Positions 10,352 to 20,760 of a DNA stretch of 64,000 bases are shown in pieces. A program made the translations under genes and the position numbers. Numbering within the stretch: the stretch's first letter is position 1; each line of letters starts with the position of its first letter. Origin of the DNA: an uncultured Nitrospiraceae bacterium (lineage in GTDB: Bacteria > Nitrospirota > Nitrospiria > Nitrospirales > Nitrospiraceae); NCBI GenBank assembly GCA_963730935.1, contig CAVSTP010000002.1, forward strand, positions 352,001 to 416,000. Reading direction: 5' to 3'. The notes below the pieces were generated by a model that had not been told where the DNA came from, searched no databases, and saw nothing but the letters and a program-made list of their open reading frames with translations.

Positions 10352-11617
10352 ATGTCTTCACTGCATGAACTCGATACGCCGACGTTCCGACTCGCCGTAG
10401 CGCAATTCGATCAAGCTGCAGAATTGATGGGGCTGGATTCCAACCTCCGTGAACGATTGAAACTACCTCAGCGATCTCTGGTCGTCAGCGTTCCCATCCG
10501 GATGGATGACGGTCGCGTCGAGGTCTTTACCGGGTATCGAGTTCAACATGATTCCTCACGCGGCCCTTCGAAGGGAGGGATTCGCTATCATCCGGAAGTC
10601 AACCTCGGCGAAGTCGCCGCGCTGGCCATGTGGATGACGTGGAAATGCGCCCTGGCCGACCTCCCTTACGGCGGAGCCAAGGGGGGGGTGGCCGTCGCTC
10701 CAAAAGCACTGTCTCGATCCGAACTTCAGCGGCTCACGCGGCGATACGCTTCGGAAATTTTTCCGTTGGTCGGCCCGGATAAGGATGTGCCGGCTCCGGA
10801 CGTCGGCACGGACGCCCAGGTCATGGCCTGGATCATGGACACCTATAGTCAACAGGTCGGGTACGCCGTCCCCGGCGTCGTGACCGGAAAGCCGCTTTCG
10901 ATCGGAGGGAGCCTCGGTCGAGAAGAGGCGACAGGGCGCGGGGTGGTGTGCGTGACGGTTGAGGCCTTACGTCATCTCAAAATCGAGGTCAGTGAGACCA
11001 CCGTGGCTATTCAGGGATTCGGGAACGTCGGATCCCATACTGCCAGGATCATGCATGAATCGGGAGCCAAGGTGATTGCGGTCAGCGATGTGAGCGGAGG
11101 GATTTACAATCCTCGAGGCCTCGACATTCCCAAACTGCTGTCGACCTACAAGTCTAGCGGTCAGACGCTCGCTGAGACGAAGCTGGGGGATCCGTTGACC
11201 AACGCGGAACTCCTGCAACTCAAATGCACGGTCCTGGTTCCTGCCGCATTGTCCGAACAGATCACGAAATACAATGCGTCGCAGCTCAATTGCCGTGTGC
11301 TGGCAGAGGGAGCGAACGGCCCCACGACCTTGGACGCCGACCGCATCGTGCAGGACAAGGGCATCTTCGTGATCCCTGACATTCTGGCCAATTCGGGAGG
11401 CGTCATCGTCTCCTATTTTGAATGGGTGCAGGATGCACAGCGGTTTTTTTGGAAAGCGACCGACATACAAGACCGCCTCCGCGATCTCATGACGTCTGCC
11501 TTTCAACGAACGCTGCAATTCGCCATCGCGAAGGGCACATCCATGCGGATGGCGGCGCTGATGACCGGGATAGACAAGGTGGCACAAGCCCATCTGAGCC
11601 GCGGCCTCTATCCATAA
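10352..11617 (+). CDS. gdhA: Glu/Leu/Phe/Val dehydrogenase (glutamate dehydrogenase)
   Basis: GPSKGGIRYHP, GGAKGG, DVPAPD, QGFGNVG, EGANGP, NSGGVIVSYFEW. Confidence 0.93.
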   Translation: MSSLHELDTPTFRLAVAQFDQAAELMGLDSNLRERLKLPQRSLVVSVPIRMDDGRVEVFTGYRVQHDSSRGPSKGGIRYHPEVNLGEVAALAMWMTWKCALADLPYGGAKGGVAVAPKALSRSELQRLTRRYASEIFPLVGPDKDVPAPDVGTDAQVMAWIMDTYSQQVGYAVPGVVTGKPLSIGGSLGREEATGRGVVCVTVEALRHLKIEVSETTVAIQGFGNVGSHTARIMHESGAKVIAVSDVSGGIYNPRGLDIPKLLSTYKSSGQTLAETKLGDPLTNAELLQLKCTVLVPAALSEQITKYNASQLNCRVLAEGANGPTTLDADRIVQDKGIFVIPDILANSGGVIVSYFEWVQDAQRFFWKATDIQDRLRDLMTSAFQRTLQFAIAKGTSMRMAALMTGIDKVAQAHLSRGLYP

Positions 11618-11643
11618 CGCATGTTGATCAGTCGCCAAGCGTC

Positions 11644-11985
11644 ATGCATCGCACCGCGAGGAACAGGGGGTCGTCAGAGGAGCCCGGTTCGGTGAACCGA
11701 GAAACGGTCGGCAGATTATGGGAAGCGCATAAGCAGGCCGGGTGGCCCCGCGTCGCGACCCAGCTTGAGGGACCGCTGATGACACTCGACACGGTGATCA
11801 GCGGCTGCGTCGTCTATTTCCTGGACAGCGAGGAGGGACTCGACGAGCAACGCCGCACGATCGTCGGTGACTGTCTGGGTGACCTCGAGACCATAGAACA
11901 TGAGCTCGAGGAGGATTGTCGTCCCTACTTTCAGCGTCTCCGTGAGCTGGGCGCCATGCTCCTCATTACACCTCCCAAGTCCTAG
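11644..11985 (+). CDS. Hypothetical protein
   Basis: Plausible helical ORF after gdhA; start uncertain. Confidence 0.6.
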   Translation: MHRTARNRGSSEEPGSVNRETVGRLWEAHKQAGWPRVATQLEGPLMTLDTVISGCVVYFLDSEEGLDEQRRTIVGDCLGDLETIEHELEEDCRPYFQRLRELGAMLLITPPKS

Positions 11986-12177
11986 GCAATCCAATCTGCG
12001 GCCTCCTCTACACATGCCCAAGGATTGCGAACCGAGCAAGCACCATGACGCTTGGAACCGTTCCTTGCAAGTTGGTTGGCCCTCCGATAAAATAATCAAA
12101 GCTATAATTTACCGCCGTTTATCCACATCGGATATCCACACGGCCGTTCAGACAGGCTACTGAGTAAGGAGGGGTTG

Positions 12178-12711
12178 ATGAAGGCGATGTTACGAGCGTA
12201 CCTCCAGACTTGCCTGGTGCTCGGCATGATGGTTCTAGTCGTCGCGTCGGCGAGCGCCGAACCCTATGAGCTAAGCAAGAACGACGTGATGGATCCTAAG
12301 GCGATTAAAAGTCCTGACATTTCTCTCTTTGGTGTCAAGATCGGTGACAGCGAGGCCAAGGCCATGGATGTCTTGGTGAACGAGAAAATACCCGGCATCA
12401 AGGTCGAACAAGAAGCGTTGTTCATCTTCTTGGTCGATCAGCGGAAACCAACCGGTCCCATGGCCGGCGTGCGCGTCCAGGACGGCAAAGTCGACCTAAT
12501 CTTCATCAACAACCGTTTTGCCTATAAGACGCGTGGGCTATTTCGCAACGTGCTCAACAGCGAAAGTCCGGAGGATATCCGCAAGCTCCTAGGCCACGAA
12601 GACTATGGTGACGAAAACGTCATGGGGGCGGTGTTGGCCTACGACAAGCAGGGATTCGTCATCAATTATCTGGGTAAAGACGTCAACATCGAGTTCTCAC
12701 CTGTTCACTGA
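12178..12711 (+). CDS. Exported hypothetical protein
   Basis: AAGGAGG RBS; signal peptide ending ASA. Confidence 0.8.
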   Translation: MKAMLRAYLQTCLVLGMMVLVVASASAEPYELSKNDVMDPKAIKSPDISLFGVKIGDSEAKAMDVLVNEKIPGIKVEQEALFIFLVDQRKPTGPMAGVRVQDGKVDLIFINNRFAYKTRGLFRNVLNSESPEDIRKLLGHEDYGDENVMGAVLAYDKQGFVINYLGKDVNIEFSPVH

Positions 12712-12817
12712 TCCTCTCCATTCAGTCCCCTCAGCACGGCCGGCTCTCAAGGGGAAGCCGGTCCCTTTTCCATATCATCGCTAGCACGCCATGTGATGAG
12801 GTCGAGCGCTTATCGCG

Positions 12818-13708
12818 CTAGAAGGATGGGCCAGAGGCGCGCAACCCGTAACTGATCAAACTTGTGGCCGTATTCCATCGGCGGTTGGAATTCAAAATGA
12901 CCACCAGGAGGTCGCTGCCGTTCTGAGAGACTTTGGCGATAAGACACCGTCCCGCTTTCGACGTAAAGCCGGTCTTGATGCCTTCAACGCCGGGAATTCG
13001 ACCGAGCAAACGATTTGTCGTGTGCAGAATATACGCATGAGTGCCGTTCACCGGCATGATCATGGCGCGTTCCTCTTTCACCAGATTCCTGAAAATGGGC
13101 TGTTGCAGGGCGATCACGCTTAAAGTGGCAAGATCTGCTGCGGTCGAATAATGATCAGGGCCGTCAAATCCGCACCCGTTCGTAAAGTGCGTATTGTGCA
13201 AGCCCAACGCCGCCGCCTTGTCGTTCATCAAGCCCACGAACTGGGTTTCGTCACCACCGACGTGTTCGATCGCCGCCAGACACGCATCATTGGCGGATAC
13301 AATGAGCATCGCCTTAAGCAGGTCGTCGAGCCTGAATACCTGGCCTGCCTTGAGCCGCAAATGGGTCTTATGCGCACGGGCGGCCGCTGGACTGACAGTG
13401 ACCAAATCGTCGAGCCTTCCGTGCTCGAGGATCACGAGCGCCGACATGATTTTTGTCAGACTGGCGGGTGACAACCGCTTTCCGGAGTCATGCTCATAGA
13501 GGACGCGGCCCGTGTTGAGTTCTTTGAGGAGAATACTGTGGGCGGGCACGCGGCGCCACGGCAACGTCTGGTTGTCCTCGCTGACCGTGTGCACCTGCTT
13601 CGTTTTTCCGCTGGCACGTTTCGCTTGGACTGTTGCAGGGACAAGCAACACGAGGCACAGCGCCGTCAGGATGCACGCGCTCATTCGACGACTTTGAGCA
13701 GAGAACAT
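12818..13708 (-). CDS. D-alanyl-D-alanine carboxypeptidase (peptidase S11)
   Basis: PASLTK (SxxK), SANDA (SxN), KTGFT. Confidence 0.93.
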   Translation of the reverse strand: MFSAQSRRMSACILTALCLVLLVPATVQAKRASGKTKQVHTVSEDNQTLPWRRVPAHSILLKELNTGRVLYEHDSGKRLSPASLTKIMSALVILEHGRLDDLVTVSPAAARAHKTHLRLKAGQVFRLDDLLKAMLIVSANDACLAAIEHVGGDETQFVGLMNDKAAALGLHNTHFTNGCGFDGPDHYSTAADLATLSVIALQQPIFRNLVKEERAMIMPVNGTHAYILHTTNRLLGRIPGVEGIKTGFTSKAGRCLIAKVSQNGSDLLVVILNSNRRWNTATSLISYGLRASGPSF

Positions 13709-13724
13709 GGCGTGCGCCTCGCGT

Positions 13725-13913
13725 TTAGAGCGTGAAGGATTCCCGAACCTTCGTGCCCCGGAACCCGCTATCGATGACTTTGTGGAAAAATCGAAGAAGA
13801 TCGGCGAGATCGATCCAAAATCCGCAATTGAGACAACGGGCATAGAGCCGGCGGTTCATGAGCGTATAGTGCCGCTCGACCATCATAAAGCCTTTACACT
13901 TGAGACAATCCAT
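13725..13913 (-). CDS. Small CxxC...CxxC zinc-ribbon protein
   Basis: MDCLKCKGFM...RCLNCG. Confidence 0.6.
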   Translation of the reverse strand: MDCLKCKGFMMVERHYTLMNRRLYARCLNCGFWIDLADLLRFFHKVIDSGFRGTKVRESFTL

Positions 13914-13935
13914 CGTTCGAGCTGCCAACCAGTCG

Positions 13936-14169
13936 TTATCTGATGCGCTTCATCACCAAGGCGAGGCACGCGGCCAGGAGACCGCCGCCGAAAATCGTCG
14001 TGGTGAATGACAGGTACGGACTCGCCCCGGCGCTAGGATGCGCGCCATCGAACAAGTCGCGCACCCCTCCCTGAACCATGAGCACCGACAGGGTGAGGAG
14101 CGCGCCCATGCCGAACCACCATGAGAAGGATCTCACCTCTGTCCTCGTGCAGGGCGACCGACTGTCCAA
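13936..14169 (-). CDS. Small two-TM membrane protein
   Basis: Two hydrophobic segments; operon-like position. Confidence 0.55.
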   Translation of the reverse strand: MDSRSPCTRTEVRSFSWWFGMGALLTLSVLMVQGGVRDLFDGAHPSAGASPYLSFTTTIFGGGLLAACLALVMKRIR

Positions 14170-14242
14170 AAGCCGCGCCTGCCGGTCACTCTAGCCGAGG
14201 GGTCCTGGACTGTCAAGCTGACAGCTCCGTTTCGACCGCGGG

Positions 14243-15433
14243 CTACGGAGCGGCTTTGGACGAAGTGGCAGCGGTTGCCGGAGCCTGTCCTCCTTTGAGC
14301 CCGCGATGAAGAAAAATCGATACCGACCCGTCGCCGTTATCGGCCGTGACGAGCCCTGGCTCCTCGATCTCGCTGCTCGTCACGTGGTATAACGCGATCG
14401 CGAATGGCCCCGCCTTTGTGCGGTAATTCCTTGGCGGATATTCGAACGTGCCGTCGCCCCGGCCGAAGAGGATCGAGAGATCGCTGGACTGCAGATTGAC
14501 GATGGCGACGTCCACGCGATGGTCCCCGTTAAAGTCCCGAGCCAATCCGTAGTTCGGGCCGGCGTTGGCACCGGAGTCGCGCCCTGCCTGGAACGTGGCA
14601 TTGCCATTTCCCAAGAATGTTGAAAAGCTGTCCCGTTCTCCGTTGATGACGAGCAGGTCCCGGATGCGGTCGTTGTTGAAGTCTGCAAAGCTGACTCCCA
14701 ACGGACGTCTGCCGGAGCGGTAATCCGTCGGCGACTGGAACGTCCCGTCTCCGTTACCGATCCAGATGGAGACGGCGTTGGACATGGGACCTCCATTGGT
14801 GACCACCAGATCGATTTTCCCGTCACCGTTGAGATCCGACAACGCGACCGAGGTCGGCGTATCACCATATTCATACTGCGCTCCGTGCCTGAATTCACCA
14901 TTGCCCTGACCAAGAAACACCTTTATCTTGTCATTGCGCAACGCGACGACAAGATCCGCCATCCGATCGCCGTTCAAATCGTCGCTGGCAATGGATACGG
15001 GTGTCCGATGGACGGGGTATTGCGGCCCTTCTGTGAACTTGCCGTCGCCCCTGCCGAACAATACGGCAATTTGATCTCCGCCCGCGCAGGCCAGCACGAT
15101 GTCCAGATAGGCATCAGCATTGAAGAAGCCTGTCGCGAGCGACCGTGGTTCCTGACAGACGTGCAGTTGCACTTGTTCGTGAAAGCTCCCATCGCCGTTT
15201 CCGATCAGGATCGACAGCGTGTTGCTGCTCACATTGGTCGTCATGAGATCCGTCACACCATCCTGGTTGATATCGATGGCGGTGATGGTGGTGGGATTCT
15301 TGCCGACCTTATAGCTCGTGAAGTAGTAGAACAGATCAGGCGGAACGTATGGGTCCTGCTTGGAACAAGCTGCGGCCAGTATGATCGTGATGATCCCGGA
15401 CACGAGAAGAGTCGAACGATATCTGCCTGCCAT
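14243..15433 (-). CDS. FG-GAP/VCBS repeat lipoprotein
   Basis: Lipobox LAAAC; repeated D[LF]NGDG..D[LI] and GNGDGTF units. Confidence 0.9.
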   Translation of the reverse strand: MAGRYRSTLLVSGIITIILAAACSKQDPYVPPDLFYYFTSYKVGKNPTTITAIDINQDGVTDLMTTNVSSNTLSILIGNGDGSFHEQVQLHVCQEPRSLATGFFNADAYLDIVLACAGGDQIAVLFGRGDGKFTEGPQYPVHRTPVSIASDDLNGDRMADLVVALRNDKIKVFLGQGNGEFRHGAQYEYGDTPTSVALSDLNGDGKIDLVVTNGGPMSNAVSIWIGNGDGTFQSPTDYRSGRRPLGVSFADFNNDRIRDLLVINGERDSFSTFLGNGNATFQAGRDSGANAGPNYGLARDFNGDHRVDVAIVNLQSSDLSILFGRGDGTFEYPPRNYRTKAGPFAIALYHVTSSEIEEPGLVTADNGDGSVSIFLHRGLKGGQAPATAATSSKAAP

Positions 15434-15646
15434 TGGCTGCCGTGCCCGCACGTCCAGGCCTCATCCGTCCCGCAATCGTCGTTGAATCGCCAACTCTTGG
15501 AAGGGTGAGTATACCGGCGGCGGCTTTCCCCTGGCAATCAATTGGGCCGCGCCCGGCCCGATGCCGGCTGCCCACGCGGAGGAAACAGCCTTTGAAAGTC
15601 GCCTCCGGTCTAGGGTAGACTACACTCCTTTTTCAAGGAGGAGTCC

Positions 15647-15967
15647 ATGGGTAACACGGTAAAGGTTGACATCACGATGTACGGCATTGCAGAAGTCCTG
15701 CACTGGTGCCACGACCGGAATAAGGGACGAATCCCCGGCGTGGACACGGCGGGATTTGAAAAGATGAAGACGCTGTTGGCGGGAAAGCCCCAGTCAGGCG
15801 ATTACTTTACGTTGGATCAGTTTTGGAAGAAAAAGGTGACGCTGGAACTGACGGAAGAGGAAGTGGCGCTCATCGACCGCTGCCTGTATGACATTCCGAA
15901 CTTAGATAACGAACCTTTGCCTCAGATCCGCCACAAATTTTGGCCGCAACAGGCCGCCGCACATTAG
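15647..15967 (+). CDS. Hypothetical protein
   Basis: AAGGAGGAG RBS; clean ORF. Confidence 0.75.
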   Translation: MGNTVKVDITMYGIAEVLHWCHDRNKGRIPGVDTAGFEKMKTLLAGKPQSGDYFTLDQFWKKKVTLELTEEEVALIDRCLYDIPNLDNEPLPQIRHKFWPQQAAAH

Positions 15968-16030
15968 CGCTCACTCAGGTCTCGACCTTACAAGGGACGG
16001 TCCGGACCTGTTGAGACGGCTTTTGCAGGA

Positions 16031-17032
16031 CTACAGCGTTCCCTCTCCCTTGAGATAGCGCCTGAATCGGTCCATTAATTCGGCCCCCAACGTCCCTCCC
16101 TCCGGCTTTTTGGTCTCGGGATCGGCAAAGTGGCTCCGGATTTCTTGAAGCCGTTTTTCAGCCTGTTCGTTGCCTTGTAACCGCTTGGTCTTTTCCAAGG
16201 CAGTGTCGAAGGCCTCAAAGGTCAATTCCTTGTATCCGAAGGAGCGAATGCGTTTGACGGCCTTCATCATGGCCTGGTTGCGAAAGCCGGTGAGATGCGC
16301 GGAGTCGATTTCCTTCAACCCCAGCTTGCGGGCGCGCCGCTCGGCAGCCTTCCGAATACCGCTCCTGACGAAGTCCGGTGAGGTTTGCAGCCGTTTCCAC
16401 GCCTCATCAGTCCAGGCGATTCGTTCTTGCGGCGCGTCCCACAGTTGTACGAGAGTTTGCTCGTCAATCTGCGCTAGGCCCTTCTCGCGTGCCAAGTCTT
16501 CCGTGTCACGTTTCAGCATGTCGGTCACGAATTCAATCGCGATCGGCGGCGACTGCTGAAGCTTTTCTCGAAGCCGCGCCAGCGCACCTTCCGTCCAGGG
16601 CAATGGGGGTAACGCGGCCTCGCGGACATCTCCCAGGGCTTCCACCCGCTCGAAGAGATCCACATTGACTTCCATGTGGCCTCCTTCCTTGGCCACTTCT
16701 TCGGCGATCTGCTTAATCATGCCGCGCATGAATTCAGGCACCGTATTCAGCCGCTCCTTCGCCGCGGCGGTCCAGGGCAGCCGACCCTGCGCCATCGCTT
16801 CCACCGCCTCGGTCATGCCCGAAGCACCTCCCATTCCGCCCATCATCTGGCTCTTGAACTGTTCGAGGGTCGCCTCGGTGATTTCCGCATAACCCAGTTC
16901 CCGCGCCTTTTTTTCGGCGAGCCGGCGGACCATGCCTCGCAGGAAGACGGGGGCACGCTCCATGCGTTTGAGAGCCCCTTCTGTCCATCGAACGTCGGTG
17001 GCAACGGTGTCGTCGGAATCTGATGCAGCCAT
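16031..17032 (-). CDS. Protein with four PCP_red (BchB C-terminal-like) repeats
   Basis: Four repeats of WTxxAxxRLxxxPxFxRxxxxxxxExxAxxxG. Confidence 0.8.
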   Translation of the reverse strand: MAASDSDDTVATDVRWTEGALKRMERAPVFLRGMVRRLAEKKARELGYAEITEATLEQFKSQMMGGMGGASGMTEAVEAMAQGRLPWTAAAKERLNTVPEFMRGMIKQIAEEVAKEGGHMEVNVDLFERVEALGDVREAALPPLPWTEGALARLREKLQQSPPIAIEFVTDMLKRDTEDLAREKGLAQIDEQTLVQLWDAPQERIAWTDEAWKRLQTSPDFVRSGIRKAAERRARKLGLKEIDSAHLTGFRNQAMMKAVKRIRSFGYKELTFEAFDTALEKTKRLQGNEQAEKRLQEIRSHFADPETKKPEGGTLGAELMDRFRRYLKGEGTL

Positions 17033-17056
17033 TAGGTGTTCCTCTATGTACGCGAA

Positions 17057-17335
17057 TTACTGGTTGAGCAATTCCTTGAGCTCTTTGCCGGCCTTGAAGA
17101 AAGGCACTTTCTTGGCAGGCACAGCCACGGTAGCTCCAGTCTTCGGGTTTCGTCCTTCCTTCATCCGCCTGGACCTGAGGCGGAAACTCCCGAATCCCCG
17201 GATTTCGGTCTTATCGCCGTTCTTCAACGAGTCCCTGACGCAATCGAAAATCGTGTTCACCACGATTTCCGCCTGCCGTTTGGTCAATGTCGTGACCTGC
17301 TCAGAGACACGTTCGATAATCTGCGCCTTGGTCAT
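17057..17335 (-). CDS. ihfB: Integration host factor subunit beta / HU family
   Basis: EIRGFGSF, GRNPKTG; downstream of rpsA-sppA. Confidence 0.88.
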   Translation of the reverse strand: MTKAQIIERVSEQVTTLTKRQAEIVVNTIFDCVRDSLKNGDKTEIRGFGSFRLRSRRMKEGRNPKTGATVAVPAKKVPFFKAGKELKELLNQ

Positions 17336-17385
17336 GTCCGACTCCCCTTTCGCTGCGGCGAGCGCCGGCCCGCGCTTCGACCGAG

Positions 17386-18282
17386 TTAAAACGCCATGAG
17401 ATACTTGAAGCTGACCCCCGAATAGAAATCCAGCTTTGGGAAGAGTACCGACAAGCGGGACTCGAGAAGTTCCCTGATCGAGAACCGTCGTCGCGGCTCC
17501 ACGACTTTCGGCTCCCCCTCAATTCCCGCCAGTTCAGCGGCAAGCTGTATGGCATCGTCCAAATTGCCGAGCTCATCCACGAGCTTCGCTTCCTTGGCTT
17601 GTCGACCGGTAAAGATGCGGCCGTCGGCCAAGGCCTGGACCGTCGAAGGTTCGAGCGCCCGTCCCTCGGCGACGGCCTCAATGAACTGCTTATGCACGTC
17701 GTCCATGACAGATTGGAGCAGCGCCTGCTCCTCTCCGGTCATTTTCCTGAGCGGCGAGCCGACATCCTTGAACTTCCCGCTCTTCACCACGATGCCCTCG
17801 ACTCCGATCTTTTTCAGCAGACCTTCGACGTTGGCCGTCTCCATAATGACGCCAATGCTGCCCGTGAGTGTGCCCGGATTCGCAATAATGCGGTCAGTGG
17901 CGGCGGCGATATAATAGCCCCCGGAAGCGGCGACCGTGCCCATTGAGGCAATGACCGCTTTGTTGTTCTTATTCCGCACACGCTGCACCGCATCGTAGAT
18001 TTCCTGAGACGGAACCACGCCTCCGCCGGGACTGTCGATCCGCAGGACAATAGCTTTGACGGAGGGGTTCTCTCCAAACCGTTTCAACTCGGTGACGGTG
18101 GACTGAGCGTCTAGGATCACGCCCTCAACCCGGATGAGCGCCACCCGATCCTCAGTCGAGAGATCGAGGTCCGGGAACAACAGATTCAAGAGCAGCAGGA
18201 ACGCGATCCCAATCCCCGCCAAAAGCAAGATCTTTCGAACGAGGGATCGCTTGGCCGGCTTGCTCGACGTTTCTTCACTCAT
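17386..18282 (-). CDS. sppA: Signal peptide peptidase SppA (36K type)
   Basis: RIDSPGG, AASGGYY, TGSIGV, DGRIFTG. Confidence 0.93.
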   Translation of the reverse strand: MSEETSSKPAKRSLVRKILLLAGIGIAFLLLLNLLFPDLDLSTEDRVALIRVEGVILDAQSTVTELKRFGENPSVKAIVLRIDSPGGGVVPSQEIYDAVQRVRNKNNKAVIASMGTVAASGGYYIAAATDRIIANPGTLTGSIGVIMETANVEGLLKKIGVEGIVVKSGKFKDVGSPLRKMTGEEQALLQSVMDDVHKQFIEAVAEGRALEPSTVQALADGRIFTGRQAKEAKLVDELGNLDDAIQLAAELAGIEGEPKVVEPRRRFSIRELLESRLSVLFPKLDFYSGVSFKYLMAF

Positions 18283-18337
18283 AGAGGGTCCGCCCATCGG
18301 CGCGGGAGCCTGACGGTCCCGCGCCGGTGATCGCTAC

Positions 18338-20053
18338 CTACTTCTCGTCGTCATCGGAACCACGCTTCCGACTTTGCTTCGCGGCTCGGCCAAGACTCTG
18401 ATCCGGCGCCCCCTGCGCAGCATGGTACTCGTCCACATGCCGCCGCTCGGAGTCCAATTGGTGGTCCCGAAGGCTCAGTGCAATCTTGCGCTCCTCTCGA
18501 TCCACCTTGATGATCTTCGCGGCGACCTCATCCTGCAATTTGAACTTCTCTTCCAGCTTGGCGTTCTGATCCAACCCGGCCTCGCTGATATGGATCAGTC
18601 CTTCGATGCCACCTTCAAGCTCCACGAAAATGCCGAAATCCGCCACCTTACTGACCTTCCCGCTGGCCGGATCCCCCACGCGGTACCGCGCAGGAATTTC
18701 GTCATCCCATGGATCACGGGTCAACTGCTTATAGCCCAGAGACAGCCGCTCTTTTTCCTTGTCGATGCGAAGCACCACGGCCTCGACCTTCTGAGCTTTC
18801 TTGAAGATTTCCGATGGATGCTTGATGTGCTTCGTCCAAGACATATCGGAGATATGGATCAAGCCGTCGATGCCTTCGTCCAAGCCGATGAAGGCGCCGA
18901 AATCCGTCAGGCTCTTCACCTTCCCCTCAATGCGGGTTCCGATCGGATACTTGCCTTCCACCATGTCCCAGGGATTGGGCGCCGTCTGCTTCATGCCCAG
19001 CGAAATCTTCCGGCTGGCCGGATCGACATTCAGCACGGCGGCTTCGACTTGATCACCGATCGCCACGACGCGGGACGGATGGCGGACTTCGTGCGTCCAG
19101 GACATCTCGGAAACGTGGACCAGGCCTTCGACGCCAGGCTCCAGCTCCACAAATGCGCCATAATCGGTCAGGCTCACGACCCGGCCCTTCACGCGTGTAC
19201 CGATCGGATATTTGCCGGCCACGTTAGTCCAGGGATCGGCCGACTTTTGCTTCAGACCCAACGAAATCCTGCCGGTTTCACGGTCGTACTTGAGCACGCT
19301 CACTTCGACACGGTCGCCGACATTGAACATTTCCGACGGATGCCCTACACGGCCCCAGGACATATCCGTGATGTGGAGCAGGCCATCGATGCCGCCGAGG
19401 TCGATGAAGGCTCCGTAGTCGGTGATGTTCTTGACCATCCCCTGAATCAACTGCCCTTCCTTCAACGTGGCCAAGGTGGTCTGGCGCTTCTTGTCCCTCG
19501 TTTCCTCGAGCAGAACGCGGCGGGAAACGACCACGTTGCCGCGGCGGTGGTTGATCTTGATGATTTTCATCGGAAACGTGCGTCCGACCAATCCGTCGAG
19601 ATCGCGCACGGGATGCAGGTCAATTTGCGATCCGGGCAGGAACGCCTTGACGCCGATGTCCACCATCATGCCGCCCTTGATCCGGGAGACGACCTTGCCG
19701 TCGATGCTCTTCTCTTCCTTGTACAGCTTTTCCAATTCTTCCCAAATTTTCATCTTGTCGGCTTTTTCTTTGGAAAGAATCAGATTGCCGTCGGCGTCCT
19801 CGCATTCTTCGATATAGACCTGAATGCGGTCGCCGATCTTCAACTGCTGCAGATCGTCATGGGAAAACTGATCGCTCGGGATCATCCCTTCGGACTTGTA
19901 GCCGATGTCGACGACGACTTTATCTTTGGTTAATGCGACGACCCGGCCTTCTGTGATGGTACCCTCTTCGAGGTTTTTGAAAGTTTCCTCGTACAGGGCG
20001 GCCAAGGCCTCGCGATCCAACTGCGGCTCACTCGATTTCGAAACCATACTCAT
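18338..20053 (-). CDS. rpsA: 30S ribosomal protein S1
   Basis: Six S1 repeats (YGAFVEL..GVEGLVHVSEMSW). Confidence 0.97.
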   Translation of the reverse strand: MSMVSKSSEPQLDREALAALYEETFKNLEEGTITEGRVVALTKDKVVVDIGYKSEGMIPSDQFSHDDLQQLKIGDRIQVYIEECEDADGNLILSKEKADKMKIWEELEKLYKEEKSIDGKVVSRIKGGMMVDIGVKAFLPGSQIDLHPVRDLDGLVGRTFPMKIIKINHRRGNVVVSRRVLLEETRDKKRQTTLATLKEGQLIQGMVKNITDYGAFIDLGGIDGLLHITDMSWGRVGHPSEMFNVGDRVEVSVLKYDRETGRISLGLKQKSADPWTNVAGKYPIGTRVKGRVVSLTDYGAFVELEPGVEGLVHVSEMSWTHEVRHPSRVVAIGDQVEAAVLNVDPASRKISLGMKQTAPNPWDMVEGKYPIGTRIEGKVKSLTDFGAFIGLDEGIDGLIHISDMSWTKHIKHPSEIFKKAQKVEAVVLRIDKEKERLSLGYKQLTRDPWDDEIPARYRVGDPASGKVSKVADFGIFVELEGGIEGLIHISEAGLDQNAKLEEKFKLQDEVAAKIIKVDREERKIALSLRDHQLDSERRHVDEYHAAQGAPDQSLGRAAKQSRKRGSDDDEK

Positions 20054-20112
20054 GGGGACAGTCCTACTCTTCCGACGTCCGTCGGGTGCTGATGATGAAC
20101 GACCACCGGGGC

Positions 20113-20760
20113 TCACTCAGCGTTGCGAGCACCGGCACTAGCGTGATGCGGCGGCGGGGCGACGCCGCCCAATGCGGCAATCCGCTCCATCACGATTCGA
20201 CTCACTTCCTGATAAAACGCTTTCGTCTGGGTATTCTCCCCGGGAAAAGACAGCGCTGGTCCGAACGACACGGACACGGGATAAAACCGCGGCCGCTTGG
20301 CACCCGCCGGCAAGACGTCAAACGTGCCTTTGAGATAGGCCGGCACCACAGGACAACCCGTCTGCGCCACTATCATGCCAAGACCCGCCTTGGCGTTCCG
20401 CAACCGCCCGTCCAGGCTGCGGCCTCCCTCAGGGAAAATCACCACGACCTTTCCGGCCTTGATCAATGCAATCGCCCGATCGAAGGCCTTGCGATCCAGC
20501 CGGCCGAGCTTGAGCGGGATCCACCCCAGCCACTGCAGCATTCCTTTCACACCAGGGATAAACAAGTCACTGCGGCCCAGGTACCATGCCCGCCTGAACA
20601 TTCCGCATCCCAGCAGCGGAATGTCGAAGTAACTCGCATGGTTGGCCGCCACCAGCAAGCCGCCCTGCTTCGGCACGGAACCAACGACGCGAAACCCAAA
20701 GAATAGTCGCGCCACCGTGCGTGCGAGCACCCAGAGAATCGCGTACAAGACCGAACTCAC
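20113..20760 (-). CDS. plsC: 1-acyl-sn-glycerol-3-phosphate acyltransferase
   Basis: NHASYFD, IFPEGGRS; lies between cmk and rpsA. Confidence 0.9.
   Translation of the reverse strand: MSSVLYAILWVLARTVARLFFGFRVVGSVPKQGGLLVAANHASYFDIPLLGCGMFRRAWYLGRSDLFIPGVKGMLQWLGWIPLKLGRLDRKAFDRAIALIKAGKVVVIFPEGGRSLDGRLRNAKAGLGMIVAQTGCPVVPAYLKGTFDVLPAGAKRPRFYPVSVSFGPALSFPGENTQTKAFYQEVSRIVMERIAALGGVAPPPHHASAGARNAE

Noticed and set aside
16031..17032. Photosynthesis (bchB) gene
   Set aside because: Only the short C-terminal-type repeats are present; no nitrogenase-like catalytic domain.
18374..19933. Long antisense ORFs (also 7272-8195, 22942-24099, 31689-32675, 33520-34680)
   Set aside because: Shadow ORFs opposite well-supported genes in GC-rich DNA; no motifs.
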